From: Octopus vulgaris
Taxonomy: Eukaryota
NCBI GenBank assembly: GCA_951406725.2
Contig: OX597834.1
Coordinates: 44,950,001 to 45,014,000, forward strand
Reading direction: 5' to 3'
Length of the DNA: 64,000 bases
Shown here one piece after another: positions 1 through 13,314 of the stretch; position 1 is the stretch's first letter; every line of letters starts with the position of its first letter. The notes under the pieces are model-generated. The model was not told the origin of the DNA. It did not search any database and was given only the letters and a program-made list of their open reading frames with translations. The position numbers were made by a program, and so were the translations under genes.

Positions 1-35
1 GTCAACAACAAGAGATTGTCTCTCTTTGACTGCTT

Positions 36-390
36 TTAATGACTGACTCTATTCGTATGTGGTTCCCATGACACCAGCAGGAGTTTCCTGAAGTGCGAGC
101 AGGTTCCATAGGCCTCCATCCTGGAGTTAAGCATGTTCCCTGTGTCGAGGGATTCATGTTCGGCTATGCTCACTTTAAAACGCTTAGTCCCATTTATGTT
201 GGGGATTGGACTGCCTAGGATTTTCAATGAGAGTACGTGTGGAGTACCGTCATCTTTCAGCCGGCATAGATGGTCGGCTAAGCACATAGCGTATCTCCTT
301 TCCGGAATCATGAAAGCGGATCTGTGGTGGGAGAGGCGCTGTTTGAACTTGTTACCGGAACACCGGACTTACCGCCGCAAACGGCTGTTG
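36..390 (-). mobile_element. Penelope-like element fragment, C-terminal half of GIY-YIG endonuclease (pseudogenised)
   Basis: Extending ORF 36..311 upstream in frame gives *VRCSGNKFKQRLSHHRSAFMIPERRYAMCLADHLCRLKDDGTPHVLSLKIL...NGTKRF...LNSRMEAYGTCSHFRKLL. This follows the PLE pattern YIG-x4-FKxRxxxHxxSF...LSxxIWxLKD...LNxRxE...CxH. The Tyr of YIG is a stop (369-371). Confidence 0.8.
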
Positions 391-592
391 GCGATTGAGT
401 TTCTGTTAATATTGACGGTGCTTCTACTCTGTTGTTGGTGCTGGTGCTGCCCTCATTAAAACTTCAACATCAATAATGCCGGAACCAAAAGCATCGGTAG
501 CAACAACGTCGACATCAACAGTAACAGCATCGATAACAACCGCACATAAAGATACATCAATGTTCAGGTAACACACATATTCACATCTGCGC

Positions 593-594
<2 letters not shown>

Positions 595-623
<29 letters not shown>

Positions 624-641
624 TGTATGTATGTATGTATG

Positions 642-690
<49 letters not shown>
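595..690. repeat. compound (ATGT)n/(TA)n microsatellite
   Basis: Directly visible; one of dozens of similar tracts. Confidence 0.95.
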
Positions 691-691
<1 letters not shown>

Positions 692-891
692 GATATAAAT
701 GTATGCATACTCACACACACATACATACGTTTATATATTCGTTTTCCAAGATTATTGTTGTGAATTCGTGTGTTGAAACAGATAATGTTGCATTTGGGGA
801 TGGTCATGTTGCCAGTTTATGCAATGAAAACACACGCACTATATATCTGGTGTTCACTTGCTTCAGTCTTATTTTATATTAATTGTATTTC

Positions 892-935
892 GACCAGAGT
901 TCTTTCGTCACACTTCTGTGATCTCAACAGTGGTC
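892..935 (-). ncRNA. minimal type-I hammerhead ribozyme motif, CUGUUGA core variant
   Basis: Minus strand reads GACCA-CUGUUGA-G-AUCAC-AGAAGU-GUGAC-GAAA-GAA-CUC-UGGUC. Stem I is a perfect 5 bp (GACCA/UGGUC), stem II is UCAC/GUGA, and the NUH triplet is CUC. Confidence 0.7.
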
Positions 936-1014
936 CTTTGCTTTCTTCTTTCTTTTTAGTGTCTCTCCTTACTAACGACCTGCCATTTTGTATTCCTGTT
1001 GTATGTCATACAAT

Positions 1015-1053
1015 TTTGCCAGCGTGCTAACGATCCTGCCAGCTCAGCATCTT
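1015..1053 (-). mobile_element. 5' head fragment of Deu/Nin-domain SINE
   Basis: gcgtgctaacgatcctgccagctc is the reverse complement of the head seen at 63916-63950. Confidence 0.6.
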
Positions 1054-1979
1054 AAAAATAAACAATAATAATAAAATTCTGTTGAATGTGTTCTTCTCAA
1101 TTTGACTTATTTGTCAACAAGAATTCGATATTGGTCCCGTGAATAATTGTCTTGTTATGCGTAAATATGATTCCGCTCAGCTAGCACCACCCAATTTCGA
1201 TTTGCAAAAATATTCGTGTAAGTCTTCGAAATTATATTTCATTCTAAAAACAGTTGTAGTCTTAAACCAGCAAAATATGACTTCGGATATCTAGGTTATG
1301 TTAAGTTGGTCCCAGATTTCTGTGGTTAAACAAAACTGGCGTAATCCATGATTATTATGTTATAAAATTTATTCATGGAAAGTAGTAGATTTTAATGCAA
1401 AAGAATTATCCTACTCAAAAATAACTTTGTTGTATTGCGTTTCATTTCACTCGTTGCAAAGAAGAAATTACGAAGAACTAAAACAGAAGAAAAACATTAG
1501 TTGTCAGTTATTATAATGATGTCGGGATTTCACAAGACAATTGCATCAACAGAAATTGAACAAAGACACAAAATAATAAGCTGTATGACTCCAAGCAGAA
1601 TCAATTGTTTCGCTCTAATGCACACGAACAACCGTAAGGGGAGTTCTGATATTTCCTCTTTCTTAAACACTTTTGTTCACGTCGACAATAATTCCCGTCA
1701 AAAATAAAAAATCTCGCGAGACGTCGAATTTCAGTTGGCAATTTCCCGTTGGCAATTTCTAATGTTGTGAATTACAGAATTGTAGACGCCCGTAAAACGG
1801 TATGCTTAAATATTTCTCTTGAAACCTCGTAGTTACGAGTTCGGTCTTCAGTCCCACTGCGCAGCAAATTAGGGAAATATCATTTACTATATTCTAGGGA
1901 CGATAGTGATTTTGTATTTAGAGTGTGTTCTAGGTGTGTGCCTAAATTGGCTAATCCCTTTTGATTGTTGTATATATAT

Positions 1980-2096
<117 letters not shown>

Positions 2097-2129
2097 TTGT
2101 TGTATATATATATATGTATACATATATGT

Positions 2130-2413
2130 GGGGACGCAATGGCCCAGTGGTTAGGGTAGCGGACTCGTGGTCTTAGGATCGCGGTTTCGATTCCCGGACC
2201 GGGCATTGTGAGTGTTTATTGAGCGAAAACACTTGAAGCTCCACGAGGCCCCGGCAGGGGGTGGGGATGACCCTGCTGTACTCTTTCACCACAAATTTCT
2301 CTCACTCTTTCTTCCTGTTTCTGTTATACCTGTATTTCAAAGGGCCTGCTTTGTCACACTCTGTGTCAGGCTGAATCTCCCCGAGAACTACGTTAAGGGC
2401 ACACGTTTCTGTG
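2130..2413 (+). mobile_element. tRNA-derived SINE (family C)
   Basis: A-box-like tggcccagtgg and B-box-like ggtttcgattccc; homologous to 39545-39817 on the minus strand. Confidence 0.85.
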
Positions 2414-4092
2414 ATCACCTCTTAAATTCCGTTACACCCTTTTTATTTTTTCTTCTGACCTCGAACAGTATTACTTGCCAGTTTCCCGTCCCTGAGTCGG
2501 TAAGGTTTCCCAGAGGTAGAATGGGCTCCCGTTATTTTTAACACGACGTGGTAAAGATAGCTCTTGTAGGAAAAAGACAGAGACAGAAGAAGACTTGCTG
2601 TCGAAATAGTACCGGTCATTTAACAACATTTGTCACTGGAACATAATATGGTAAATGTGAGAATGGCAAAATTGTTGTACCAGCTTTTATCGCTTAAATT
2701 CAAGGAAGTACAGATGTTGTATTATTTATTTTTTTGGTCCGTTTTATATTTATAAAGTCCTATAGCAATGGATGCGTGCTTACCTCATATCACTCGCGAT
2801 GAAAGAAAATCTAGACAATCAGGTTGATTATGAAACGGCATCTGACAAGATGAGGCGATCATGATATGCACTGGAATGCACATACACACACACACATGAT
2901 TATTATATATAACAACTTTCTGGTACATGAGCTATCAGTTCAAAGTACCGCGTACCAGGCACTTGTAGGCTTATGGGGGTTTCCTCAAGACATTAAGCGT
3001 CCCAGTCCTTCCACTCTGCGATGAAGCTCGATTTGCCGGATCAAATGACTACAAGGGTCCCCTCATTATTTTCCTAACCAAACCTAATTGTCTCTTTTTA
3101 ACTAATTACTGTGGCATGTCTTGTTCACTGCAGCCCTGCTATCGCTCAAAATATTGTTTGTTCTATGCAAAGTTAGACCTAGCGACAGCAACCATCATCG
3201 GAAAATACTCTACATCCAATGTTTATTGGATAATGTTCTGATTTCCAGTCTGTATTTTCACTTTTACCATGAATCTTCCTTATATTGCATCCTACATAAA
3301 GTAGAGAGCATTTTAAGAAAGCGGAAAATGAAATTGGCTGTCATTTCTACTTGGTGAAATAGCTACATACAAGCTGCCTCGCTGACGGCAGATATTACTA
3401 CCCGTCAGAGTTAATGTTCCGCCAACAACCAATGCTCAGCACAGTGAAAAACATCAATAACATAACGGATGGCTATTTAAAATTATATGTAAATTGTCCG
3501 GCATCGATGCTATCGCAAGTAATAAGCATATCATTAACTGTGAGTTTTCTGCAGTTGTGTATGTGAGTTTCAGAACAACTAAACCGTGTGTCTACGTCTA
3601 GCATGCGTGTGTGTGCGTGGTTATGTGTGGGTATTGGACATATATGTGTAACTGTATCTCTACTCGTCTATAGGTGTGTGTGTGTCAGTGTTTGCTAACT
3701 TTAATCAACATACGTGATGATAGTTTCAATGAATGACAAAATAGAAAGCTGTATACAAACGTATTTGGTAGACTTTCAACAAAATCGGATGGTGGGTTAT
3801 CATTAAGGTGATGTTGATGATGATGTTGATGGTAATAATAGTGATGATGATGAAGGTCATGGTGATGGTGCTGGTGGATGTGCGGAATGTGGAGGCATAA
3901 CGTTGGCAATTAGAGCACAGCTAATGTAATCTCATAAAATCTACTTGGAGTGTTGTATAAATTTACAAAATGGCGACTGCCTGCAGTTGTGTCTGAGGCA
4001 GAAATGTAGGTGAGGATTGAAGACTGTGTTTATAATTTTCAGTGAAGTCAGTTATCATCAGTTAGTTGAGTGTGTGTATATATATATACACG

Positions 4093-4151
<59 letters not shown>

Positions 4152-4227
4152 TGTATGTATGTACGTACGTATGTATGTATGTTCGTATGTGTGCATATAT
4201 GTACGTATGTACGTATGTATGTATATA

Positions 4228-4305
<78 letters not shown>

Positions 4306-4644
4306 CACACGTATATACAAGATAGAAAACTATGAACGACGACACACAAACGTAGCTTCACACTCATACATCAGCACCACTCGCATGTATATGTCTGTGT
4401 AAATACGTATGTCAGTGCATACATATGTATCCGTGTATACAAGTAGCTATCTATCAGTATAGATGTCTATAAATTCATGTGTTTGTATGCATAAGTATAT
4501 AAATCTCTCTGTCTCTCTCTGTCTCTCTGTCTCTCTGTCTCTCTCTCTCTGTATATATATATATTTTTCCTTGTGTATACTTGCACACTCATACACACAC
4601 AAACACACACACATATATATACGGACGGATATATAGATACAGAC

Positions 4645-4735
4645 ATACATATATACATACATACATGCATGCATACATACATACATACACCAGTACATAC
4701 ATACATACATACATATATACATACATGCATACATG

Positions 4736-4767
<32 letters not shown>

Positions 4768-5055
4768 CATACATGCATACATACATACATACATACATAC
4801 ATACATACATACATACATACATACACCCGTACATACATACATGCATGCATACATACATACATACACCCGTACATACATACATACACCCGTACATACATAC
4901 ATACACCCGTACATACATACATACACCCGTACATACATACATACATACATACATACATACATACATACATACATACATACATACATACATACATACATAC
5001 ATACATACATACATACACACACAAATACACACACACATACATGCATACATATATA
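4645..5055. repeat. (ACAT)n array with 20-bp higher-order unit acatacatacatacacccgt
   Basis: The variant unit ending cccgt recurs at about 4830, 4870, 4890, 4910 and 4930. Confidence 0.9.
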
Positions 5056-5546
5056 CACACTACATTCCGAATATCACTGCCTGGTCATTTGAACATATAT
5101 ATTGCAGTCCACTTGTTAAGTGTTACACCCATCAATGTTCTTGTTCTTCTACTTCTTGATTCTGACCTTGTTGTTGTCGTGGCCATCGTCGTAGTCGTTG
5201 TCGTTGTCGTTGTTGTTGTTGTTGCTTCAATAGAGCTCGAAGTGTGAGGATGCGGTGAGGACAGAGAAAGCATTAACGGTTAAAGTCACAGAGAAATTGA
5301 TGGCGTCGATCGTTGTAGCGATGACAATTTTAGATGCAGCAGCTGTTTTCCAACCGCTGCCATGGTGTTGTTGCTGTTGCTGTTGGTGGTGGTGGTGGTG
5401 GTGGTAAATATGGTAGCGGTAGTAGTATGATAGTAAATGAAGGTGTTATAATATGGTACTCATTTTAATGATGTCATTAACATTTCTACATATATATATA
5501 TATATATATATAAAATACGATATATATATATATAAATATATATTTA

Positions 5547-5597
<51 letters not shown>

Positions 5598-5614
5598 ATA
5601 TCTATATCTATCTA

Positions 5615-5646
<32 letters not shown>

Positions 5647-5788
5647 CGTATATATATATGTATATATAGATGGGTATACATATATACACACACTCATATA
5701 TATATATATATATGTTTATATATATATGTATACATTTATACATATATATGTATATATATATGTATATATATGTACATATATATATTAG

Positions 5789-5857
<69 letters not shown>

Positions 5858-6192
5858 GCATACATATACACACACATGTGTATTGTGTAGGATATCCGGC
5901 TGCATCACAGACACACATTGACGTATATGGGTTAACGAGACACTAATGTAGACCGTGAACGTATTTATAAAGATTTATGTGCAGAAAGACATATAATGTT
6001 ACGTTTAATTTTATGCAGTCTTCTTCCTGCACAGAGAGAACCAACCTGCTCAGAAATGATTCAATTCACTGATGATAATATTCGTGGATACATTTGTTTC
6101 TGTGTGTGATTATGCGCGTGTGTGTGTGAGTCTGAGTGTTTGTAAATGCATATATGCCTACATACATACACACATACATACATACATACACA

Positions 6193-6275
<83 letters not shown>

Positions 6276-7024
6276 GCATATAAATATTATGCATGTATGA
6301 GCGTGTTGTGTGTGTTATACTGATTTACAAACCGATGTACAGAGAGAGAGAGAGAGAGAGAATGAGAGAGAGAGAGAAATAAAGATAGAGAAGATGCAAA
6401 TAACCAGAATGGCGAAACATACACAAGGAATAATATGTATAAACTGCATGTGGTGTTTAAGAAACATATTTCTTTCATTCTTTCTTACTCTCTCTGTCTC
6501 TCTGTCTGTCTGTCTGTCTCTCTCTCTGTCTGTCTCTCTCTCTGTCTGTCTCTCTCTCTGTTTTACTCTATTTCTATGTATAAGTATTCCAAAATTTGAA
6601 AGCACTACACAGATACATAGAACACAAAAATACACACACATACACATTTAATACAAGCTCACACACATGCCTAATTGAACATGAGTCATTGATGCTGTAA
6701 TATGAGGTCCTTCTATGATTCTTCAGCCCAGCCTAAGATTTAGACATTCTGTAGCATAATGTAGGACTGTGTTAGCTGGTAAATGAGATATGTGCTACAG
6801 GATAAATTCTTTTGACATACCTTATGTATGTTGGTGAACGAAATGTTTCCATACAAAGAGTAGAAATTCACCTACGATAAGCTGGCGTCTATACTCTTTA
6901 AAAATATTGTCGTACTCACCGCTTCATATGAAGATAAGGAGCATATAATGTAAGCAGTAACACGCACCCTAGCACTGAAGTCTTCTTAAGCTTACAGTTT
7001 AAACTACTGGCGAAAACACTGACA

Positions 7025-7038
7025 TCTATCCATCCATC

Positions 7039-7122
<84 letters not shown>

Positions 7123-7123
7123 A

Positions 7124-7159
<36 letters not shown>

Positions 7160-7172
7160 ATCTATCTATCTA
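7025..7172. repeat. (TATC)n microsatellite
   Basis: Directly visible. Confidence 0.95.
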
Positions 7173-7232
7173 TATATGTATATATATATACATATACATA
7201 CATACATATACTTACATAGATATATATATGTG

Positions 7233-7275
<43 letters not shown>

Positions 7276-7809
7276 GCCTACCTTCCAATCTAATTCTCTA
7301 TCTGCTTATATATATGAATATATATATATTTATATATATGAATATGCACACATACATACACCTACACCTACACCCAGGCTCACACACATACATAATAGCC
7401 GCAGTCTAATGATTGAAACAAGTAAAAGATAAAAGATAGATGATAACAGATGTACTTCGATTGGGTGCTTTAGGAAATGTATAGGAAAATATACGTCAAT
7501 GTTTGTATATAACGTCGATATACGTAAGTGCGTGTGTTATTATGTAGAGTTTAAACGAATGTGACGAAAGTGAGTTAAATGCATGGAAGTTTACAAATAT
7601 ATCGGACATGGCTAACTGAAACGAAAACACGAAATATCAAAGGATACTCGTATTGAGTTCTATATCTCCTGCTTGTACAAGAACTACATATGCGCATTCA
7701 CAGAAACGTACAATTTATATACAAACGTACACAAGACTGTACTCACACACACGCGCACGAACACACACAAGCATACACACATGAATATATATATATATAT
7801 ATATATATA

Positions 7810-8870
7810 TACCCTGTATCACACATTATTGGGCAAAGCAACCTTCTATCAATAAATACATGTATATTCATTCAAAACCAATTCTTTTCCCACGGACTGT
7901 TGGCAACACCTATCAGCGCACATTCTCTTAAAATAAATGCGCAGACGCCAATAAATGGCGGCCATTTTTGTGATTGGGCAACATTTTCAACGTCACAAAT
8001 TATTAGGTAAGGTAAGCATAATAAAGATAATTGTGTCAGAATAAACGTTAATTTCATGCAATAAATAAAGGTTCGACAAAAGAAATTATACTTAAAGGAG
8101 TTAATGGAAAACATAATAAATTCGTTTGAAAATAATCATGTCATTATGATGTCATACAGCTCTTAAGGTTTGATGTATGATGTGCCTCATGGAATAAACT
8201 TCCTTATTTGGTGACCCATTGAATTTGTCAAGGTGATCATATTTTCTTGTGTCATGCTTTGAGCAGCATCTAAAATATCATCCCAAAGGGCAACTTTACT
8301 TGAAAACTGCTGTCCATCTTTTCAGGACACTCCACACGTTCTCGATGGAGTTTACGTCAAAGGAACAAAGCGGTAACTCCATCAAACGACCTCCAAAGAA
8401 GCTGATTTGCTGCAGGTAATCTTTAGAATTCTTCGCTGCATGAAATGAGGCATTATCTTGCTTGAAAATCAGCTTTTTCGTGAATGAAAGTTTTTGCGTT
8501 TTGAACCAATGCTGGAAATTTTCCTTTAAGTAGGTAATATGCGTTTTCGATGTCATCTTAATGCCATCTGAGACTTTCCATAGCCCGACTATCATAGCAC
8601 CAACGATGTCAGCCCAAAACAGGACCCCACATCCCTTCTGTTGGCATATCAAATTATGAGAACGGACCACGCTGATGGATACCAACCGTAACTCCAGTCA
8701 TCTGGTCCGTGAAAGGTAGCCCGAAAATCCTCAGTGAATAGAACTGTCGAAAAACATATCTTCATGCACTCCTCTGCCCATTTCAATCTTTTCTGCTTCT
8801 GAGCAGCTTTCAGAGTGGGCCTTGTAACAGGTTTAATATTCCTGGATACCTGCTTCAGGAGGTCGACTAC
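7810..8870 (-). mobile_element. Tc1-like transposon remnant (3' part of transposase plus one terminus)
   Basis: ORF 8296..8685 has GCGVLFW...IFKQDNASFH...PLCSFDVNSIENVWSVLKR. An upstream frame gives KQKRLKWAEECMKICFSTVLFTEDFRATFHGPDDW. Paired direct repeats tcacacattattgggcaa (7819-7836) and tcacaaattattaggtaa (7993-8010) next to TA resemble an IR/DR terminus. Confidence 0.88.
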
Positions 8871-8904
8871 TGAGGTGGGAACGTTAATATTTTGAAGTTA
8901 AGGT

Positions 8905-9090
8905 ATGGATGTGTCACAAGTAAGAGGTTTGCCTTCAAACAACGTAGTTCCAGGTTCAGACTCAGTTACATTACGTAGCACCCTGGGCAAGACTTTTCTA
9001 CAAAATCCCCGCTATGATAAAAAAAAAACTCAACAGCTTATGGATGGATTTGGTAGACATAAACTAAAAAAACAAGCTCATTATAATACA
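8905..9090 (+). mobile_element. decayed tRNA-derived SINE (family B, 5' half)
   Basis: gttccaggttcag...gcaccctgggcaag...tggatttggtagac matches the 5' halves at 34939 and 58888. Confidence 0.6.
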
Positions 9091-9109
9091 TATAAGTGAG
9101 AGAAAAAAG

Positions 9110-9156
<47 letters not shown>

Positions 9157-9550
9157 TGTGTGTGTGTGAGAATGAGACAGAGAGATGTATTAGAGTTCGA
9201 AACTCGGTCTTGGTTATTTACTTCCTCGTGTCATACTCACACACACCGTCACAAACTCACATACACGCGCGCGCGCACACAAATTTTGATGTGTGGATAT
9301 GTGTGAGCATGTGTGTATTGGCATATTTTTTTCCGTATGTAGCATGCAAGCAACTTCTTCCCCAGAGTCTAACACTGGTACATAGAAATTCGTTGCACCA
9401 TCCGCCTATTGGGTAGTTGTGTCCACTCACAGATCAATTATCTCAATGCCCATTAGTTAAACTGCAGTGCATAAATGCATTAGCATATCTATATACACAT
9501 GTACCTTTTACATTTCAATAAATACATATATATCTATATCCATGTATCTA

Positions 9551-9628
<78 letters not shown>

Positions 9629-9665
9629 TGTGTGTGTATGTATGTATATGTATATATATATGAAA

Positions 9666-9697
<32 letters not shown>

Positions 9698-10449
9698 TTG
9701 TTCAAGTATCTGCGTATATGTATTCATGTACATATGTATATATGCCTGTATGTGTGTGTGAGAGCATACGAGCATGTGAGTATATATACATATATATATA
9801 CTTATATACATACATATTTGTGTGTGTATGTGTGTGTGCGTGTATGTGTATGTATGCATGCATTGTATATTGAGAGAGAGAGGACAGAGAGGTAACTCAT
9901 TCGATTTCATTTACCTTGATTACTGATGCGCTTAAATCGTCTCCCGCGATTCTCTCCACAGGAAGGTGAAAGAGATGGAAGGATGTAGGAAGACAGAGTG
10001 TATGAAAGAGAGAATGCGAGGGATCATGATGCTATAGGAGGCAGTGGAGGAAAAGTGTGAGAAATAGCGCAAAGGACCCGAGAGGAAATAGCAACGTGTA
10101 GTGTTTAGTATTTAGGTCTGTTGCTAACTTAATCCAATATACGTGGCCATTTTATATTAACCTGTTATCACAATTAAACGCTTTTCAGACAATGAATGGA
10201 CATACACAATTACAGTGTGTGTATAGGTGTGTCCGTATATGTGTGGGTGTGAAAGAGGGAGAACGAGAACCAGAGTAAGAGACAAATAGAAAGAGAGAGA
10301 AGAGGGAGAAACGCAGAAAGAGAGAAAGGGAGAGAAAGGGAGAGAGAGAGGTAGAGACGATAGCTAAGGGGGAGTAGAGTGGGTGAGGATTAGGGAAAGA
10401 AGTTATAGAAGAGAAGTGAGAAATATTCAGCTATAGAGAAAGCAAGTTA

Positions 10450-10565
10450 CAGATAGATACTAATTAGTTAGAGAGACAGACAGATAGATAGACAGACCGA
10501 TAGACAAGTCGGTAGAACGATAGATAGACAGATAGATAGATAGATAGATAGACACAGAAATAGAG

Positions 10566-10607
<42 letters not shown>

Positions 10608-10776
10608 ATATATGGATAGATAGATAGGTGCAAAATTGGGTAGACAGGTAGAGAAATATAAAGATAGATCGATAGATATTGAGAGGAAGATCCGTATATC
10701 AATAGATACATATTGAAATATATAGGTGGGCATATCTATCCAACATTGTATCTATATACTTTTATCTCTCTCTAGC

Positions 10777-10853
<77 letters not shown>

Positions 10854-10975
10854 ATGTCTATCTGTCGGTCTGTCTGTCTATGTGTCTGTCTCTCCGTCTC
10901 TCTCTCTCCCTCTCTCTATCTGTCTCTCCCTATCTCCCTATCAATCGGCATATATGTATGTGTAAATGTATACAT

Positions 10976-11009
<34 letters not shown>

Positions 11010-11132
11010 GGATTGATAGATAGATAGATAAATAGATAGATATATAAATGGATAGATAGATAGCTAAATAGACAGATAGTTAGATAAATAGCTAGATAGT
11101 TAGATAGATAGATAGATAGATAGATATGTAGG

Positions 11133-11206
<74 letters not shown>

Positions 11207-11207
11207 C
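10450..11207. repeat. degenerate (TAGA)n / (TATC)n / (TAGA)n tracts in alternating orientation
   Basis: Directly visible. Confidence 0.9.
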
Positions 11208-11519
11208 AAGCATGCACATACCTGTGCTCACGCACACAGACTCACACTGTCATATAGTTAGCAAAACAGAGGGAAATGTGGTAAGTGAGATTGATTAAAC
11301 AAACAATAAGCTTTGCCGATTTCTCTTTAATGTGACACCGCTTACAAATGGCACACAGCGCAATTAACGATCCCGCAAATAGATTCACTATTTTCGCGGT
11401 GCTAAATTGATCCCTATTGATAAGAGCTAAATTTGACATTATTAGACAACCATACAGCACAATATATGTGCACTCTGCTGATCGCACATATGCAGACACA
11501 CGCGTACATATATATATGT

Positions 11520-11599
<80 letters not shown>

Positions 11600-11623
11600 T
11601 ATATATATATATATATATACATG

Positions 11624-11671
<48 letters not shown>

Positions 11672-12404
11672 TACGTTTATGTATAGGTGTACATGTTTGT
11701 GTGTTTGTAGGAGTTTTGTCTAGTTTATGGGGTCCTGATTGGTTGCATATTGAATGGTGATTCGCCATAATATCTGCTTCATGTGCAACAATGATGTGGC
11801 TTCATTTAATGGTCGATTGCTCAAGGCATTGTAAATGTTCAAATGGAGATTGATTGAACTGTGTATATATTTGTGCTATAGTTATTGGTTCGCTGTTATA
11901 TCCAGGCTTTGATCAAATTACAGAACGTCCGTTCTTCTTGACTGTTTCATCATCGGATTTGCTGCCCGTGATGAGATGAGAATAAAGTTTTCGGATTTGG
12001 ATCAGTTCTCGTGGATTGGACAATAATGTACAGAGCTTGGGAGAAAATTACCGCAATCTTCACTTAAAAATACTAGCCATGTCAGTGTCATCATACGCAA
12101 TATCATCATCATCATCATCATCATCATCATCGTTTTCTTCTTCTTCTTCCCTTCTTCTTCTTCCTCTTTTTCTTCACCTTCTTCACGACAATTCTCTGTT
12201 TCCCATTTATGTTCGACTGTTAGGCTATCAATTTCATGTTACCTGCTTCTGCCTATAACACCTCCGTAGTTGAGTAATATTCCGTCTTTATTAACCAGCG
12301 GAAGTCTTCCTTATACAAATACATACACACACAAATGATTCGAATAAGCAGATGTAGCATTGAGAATTTATTATAAAAAATATATATGTACATATGTATG
12401 TATG

Positions 12405-12437
<33 letters not shown>

Positions 12438-12487
12438 ATATATGTATATATATATGTACATATATATATATGCAAACATACACACAC

Positions 12488-12519
<32 letters not shown>

Positions 12520-12974
12520 TCGTGTGTGTGTGTGTGTTCGTGTGTGTGTGTGTATATATCTGTGTATACAGTATGTATACAGCAAAGTAAGTGAAAGCGA
12601 GAGACAAAGAGAGTCTGTAGTTGGTGAACAGTTTCAATAACTGTAGACACGATTCGGAAGTGAGTAACCTGCAGCATCCTGATGACTGAAGAGCTATTTT
12701 CTTACAGACGTCTTTTAAAGTGAATATATACAAGTAACTCTTATCTTAATAATTACGATGCGCACAATTATTCTCTTTTCTGTCTATCTATCTCCCTCTC
12801 TTGTTCTTCTTCTTTTCTGTTTTTCTCTCCCACCTTTTCCCTATTCTCCTCTCCCCTTAACCGTTTCCTCTCTCTATCTCTCTCATTCTTCCTCCTTAAC
12901 TCTCTCGTTGCGCACACGTGACCAACGGCCATTATTTCTTTTTCCCACTTCCCTCCTAAAGACAATATGTGCTT

Positions 12975-13075
12975 TTATCTGTTTATCATTTTGCTGAACC
13001 ATTAAAATAAATGGGCGTAACTAAACCAGCCCCAATTGACAATTTGTGCGGGACAGGGACAAGCACAAACGCAAG
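12975..13075 (-). mobile_element. decayed 3' half of SINE family B
   Basis: ttttgctgaacc...gggcgtaactaaacc...gggacaagcacaaac aligns with the reverse complement of 58410-58500. Confidence 0.55.
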
Positions 13076-13314
13076 TAAATACTTATTTACACACACACAC
13101 ACACACACACACAAGCACGCACACACACACAAGCACGCACACACACACAAGCACGCACATAGATACCCATACATACCTACATATACACGCTCACGCAAAC
13201 ACACACATGTCTGTTTATAAGGCTTATATATTTGTGAGTTTCGGACGGCCTGGGCTGATAGAAAAAAGACCCATTATCTTGAGAATGAATTCGGCCGACG
13301 GAAACTGAGAAGAT

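Noticed and set aside
133-459. 108-aa + strand ORF with hydrophobic C-terminus
   Set aside because: It is the antisense shadow of the Penelope GIY-YIG fragment.
1810-1860. CUGAAGA...GAAA on the minus strand
   Set aside because: No stem I or valid stem III; it lies in a decayed tRNA-SINE head.
2580-2615. gacag/ctgtc hairpin followed by GAAATAGTA
   Set aside because: The upstream CUGANGA core and stem I are absent.
4030-4070. CUGAUGA...GAAA on the minus strand
   Set aside because: Stems I and II do not pair convincingly.
12675-12725. CUGAUGA followed by a ctg-aaga/tcttacag hairpin
   Set aside because: GAAA is missing and there is no stem I partner; at most an unrecognisable relic.
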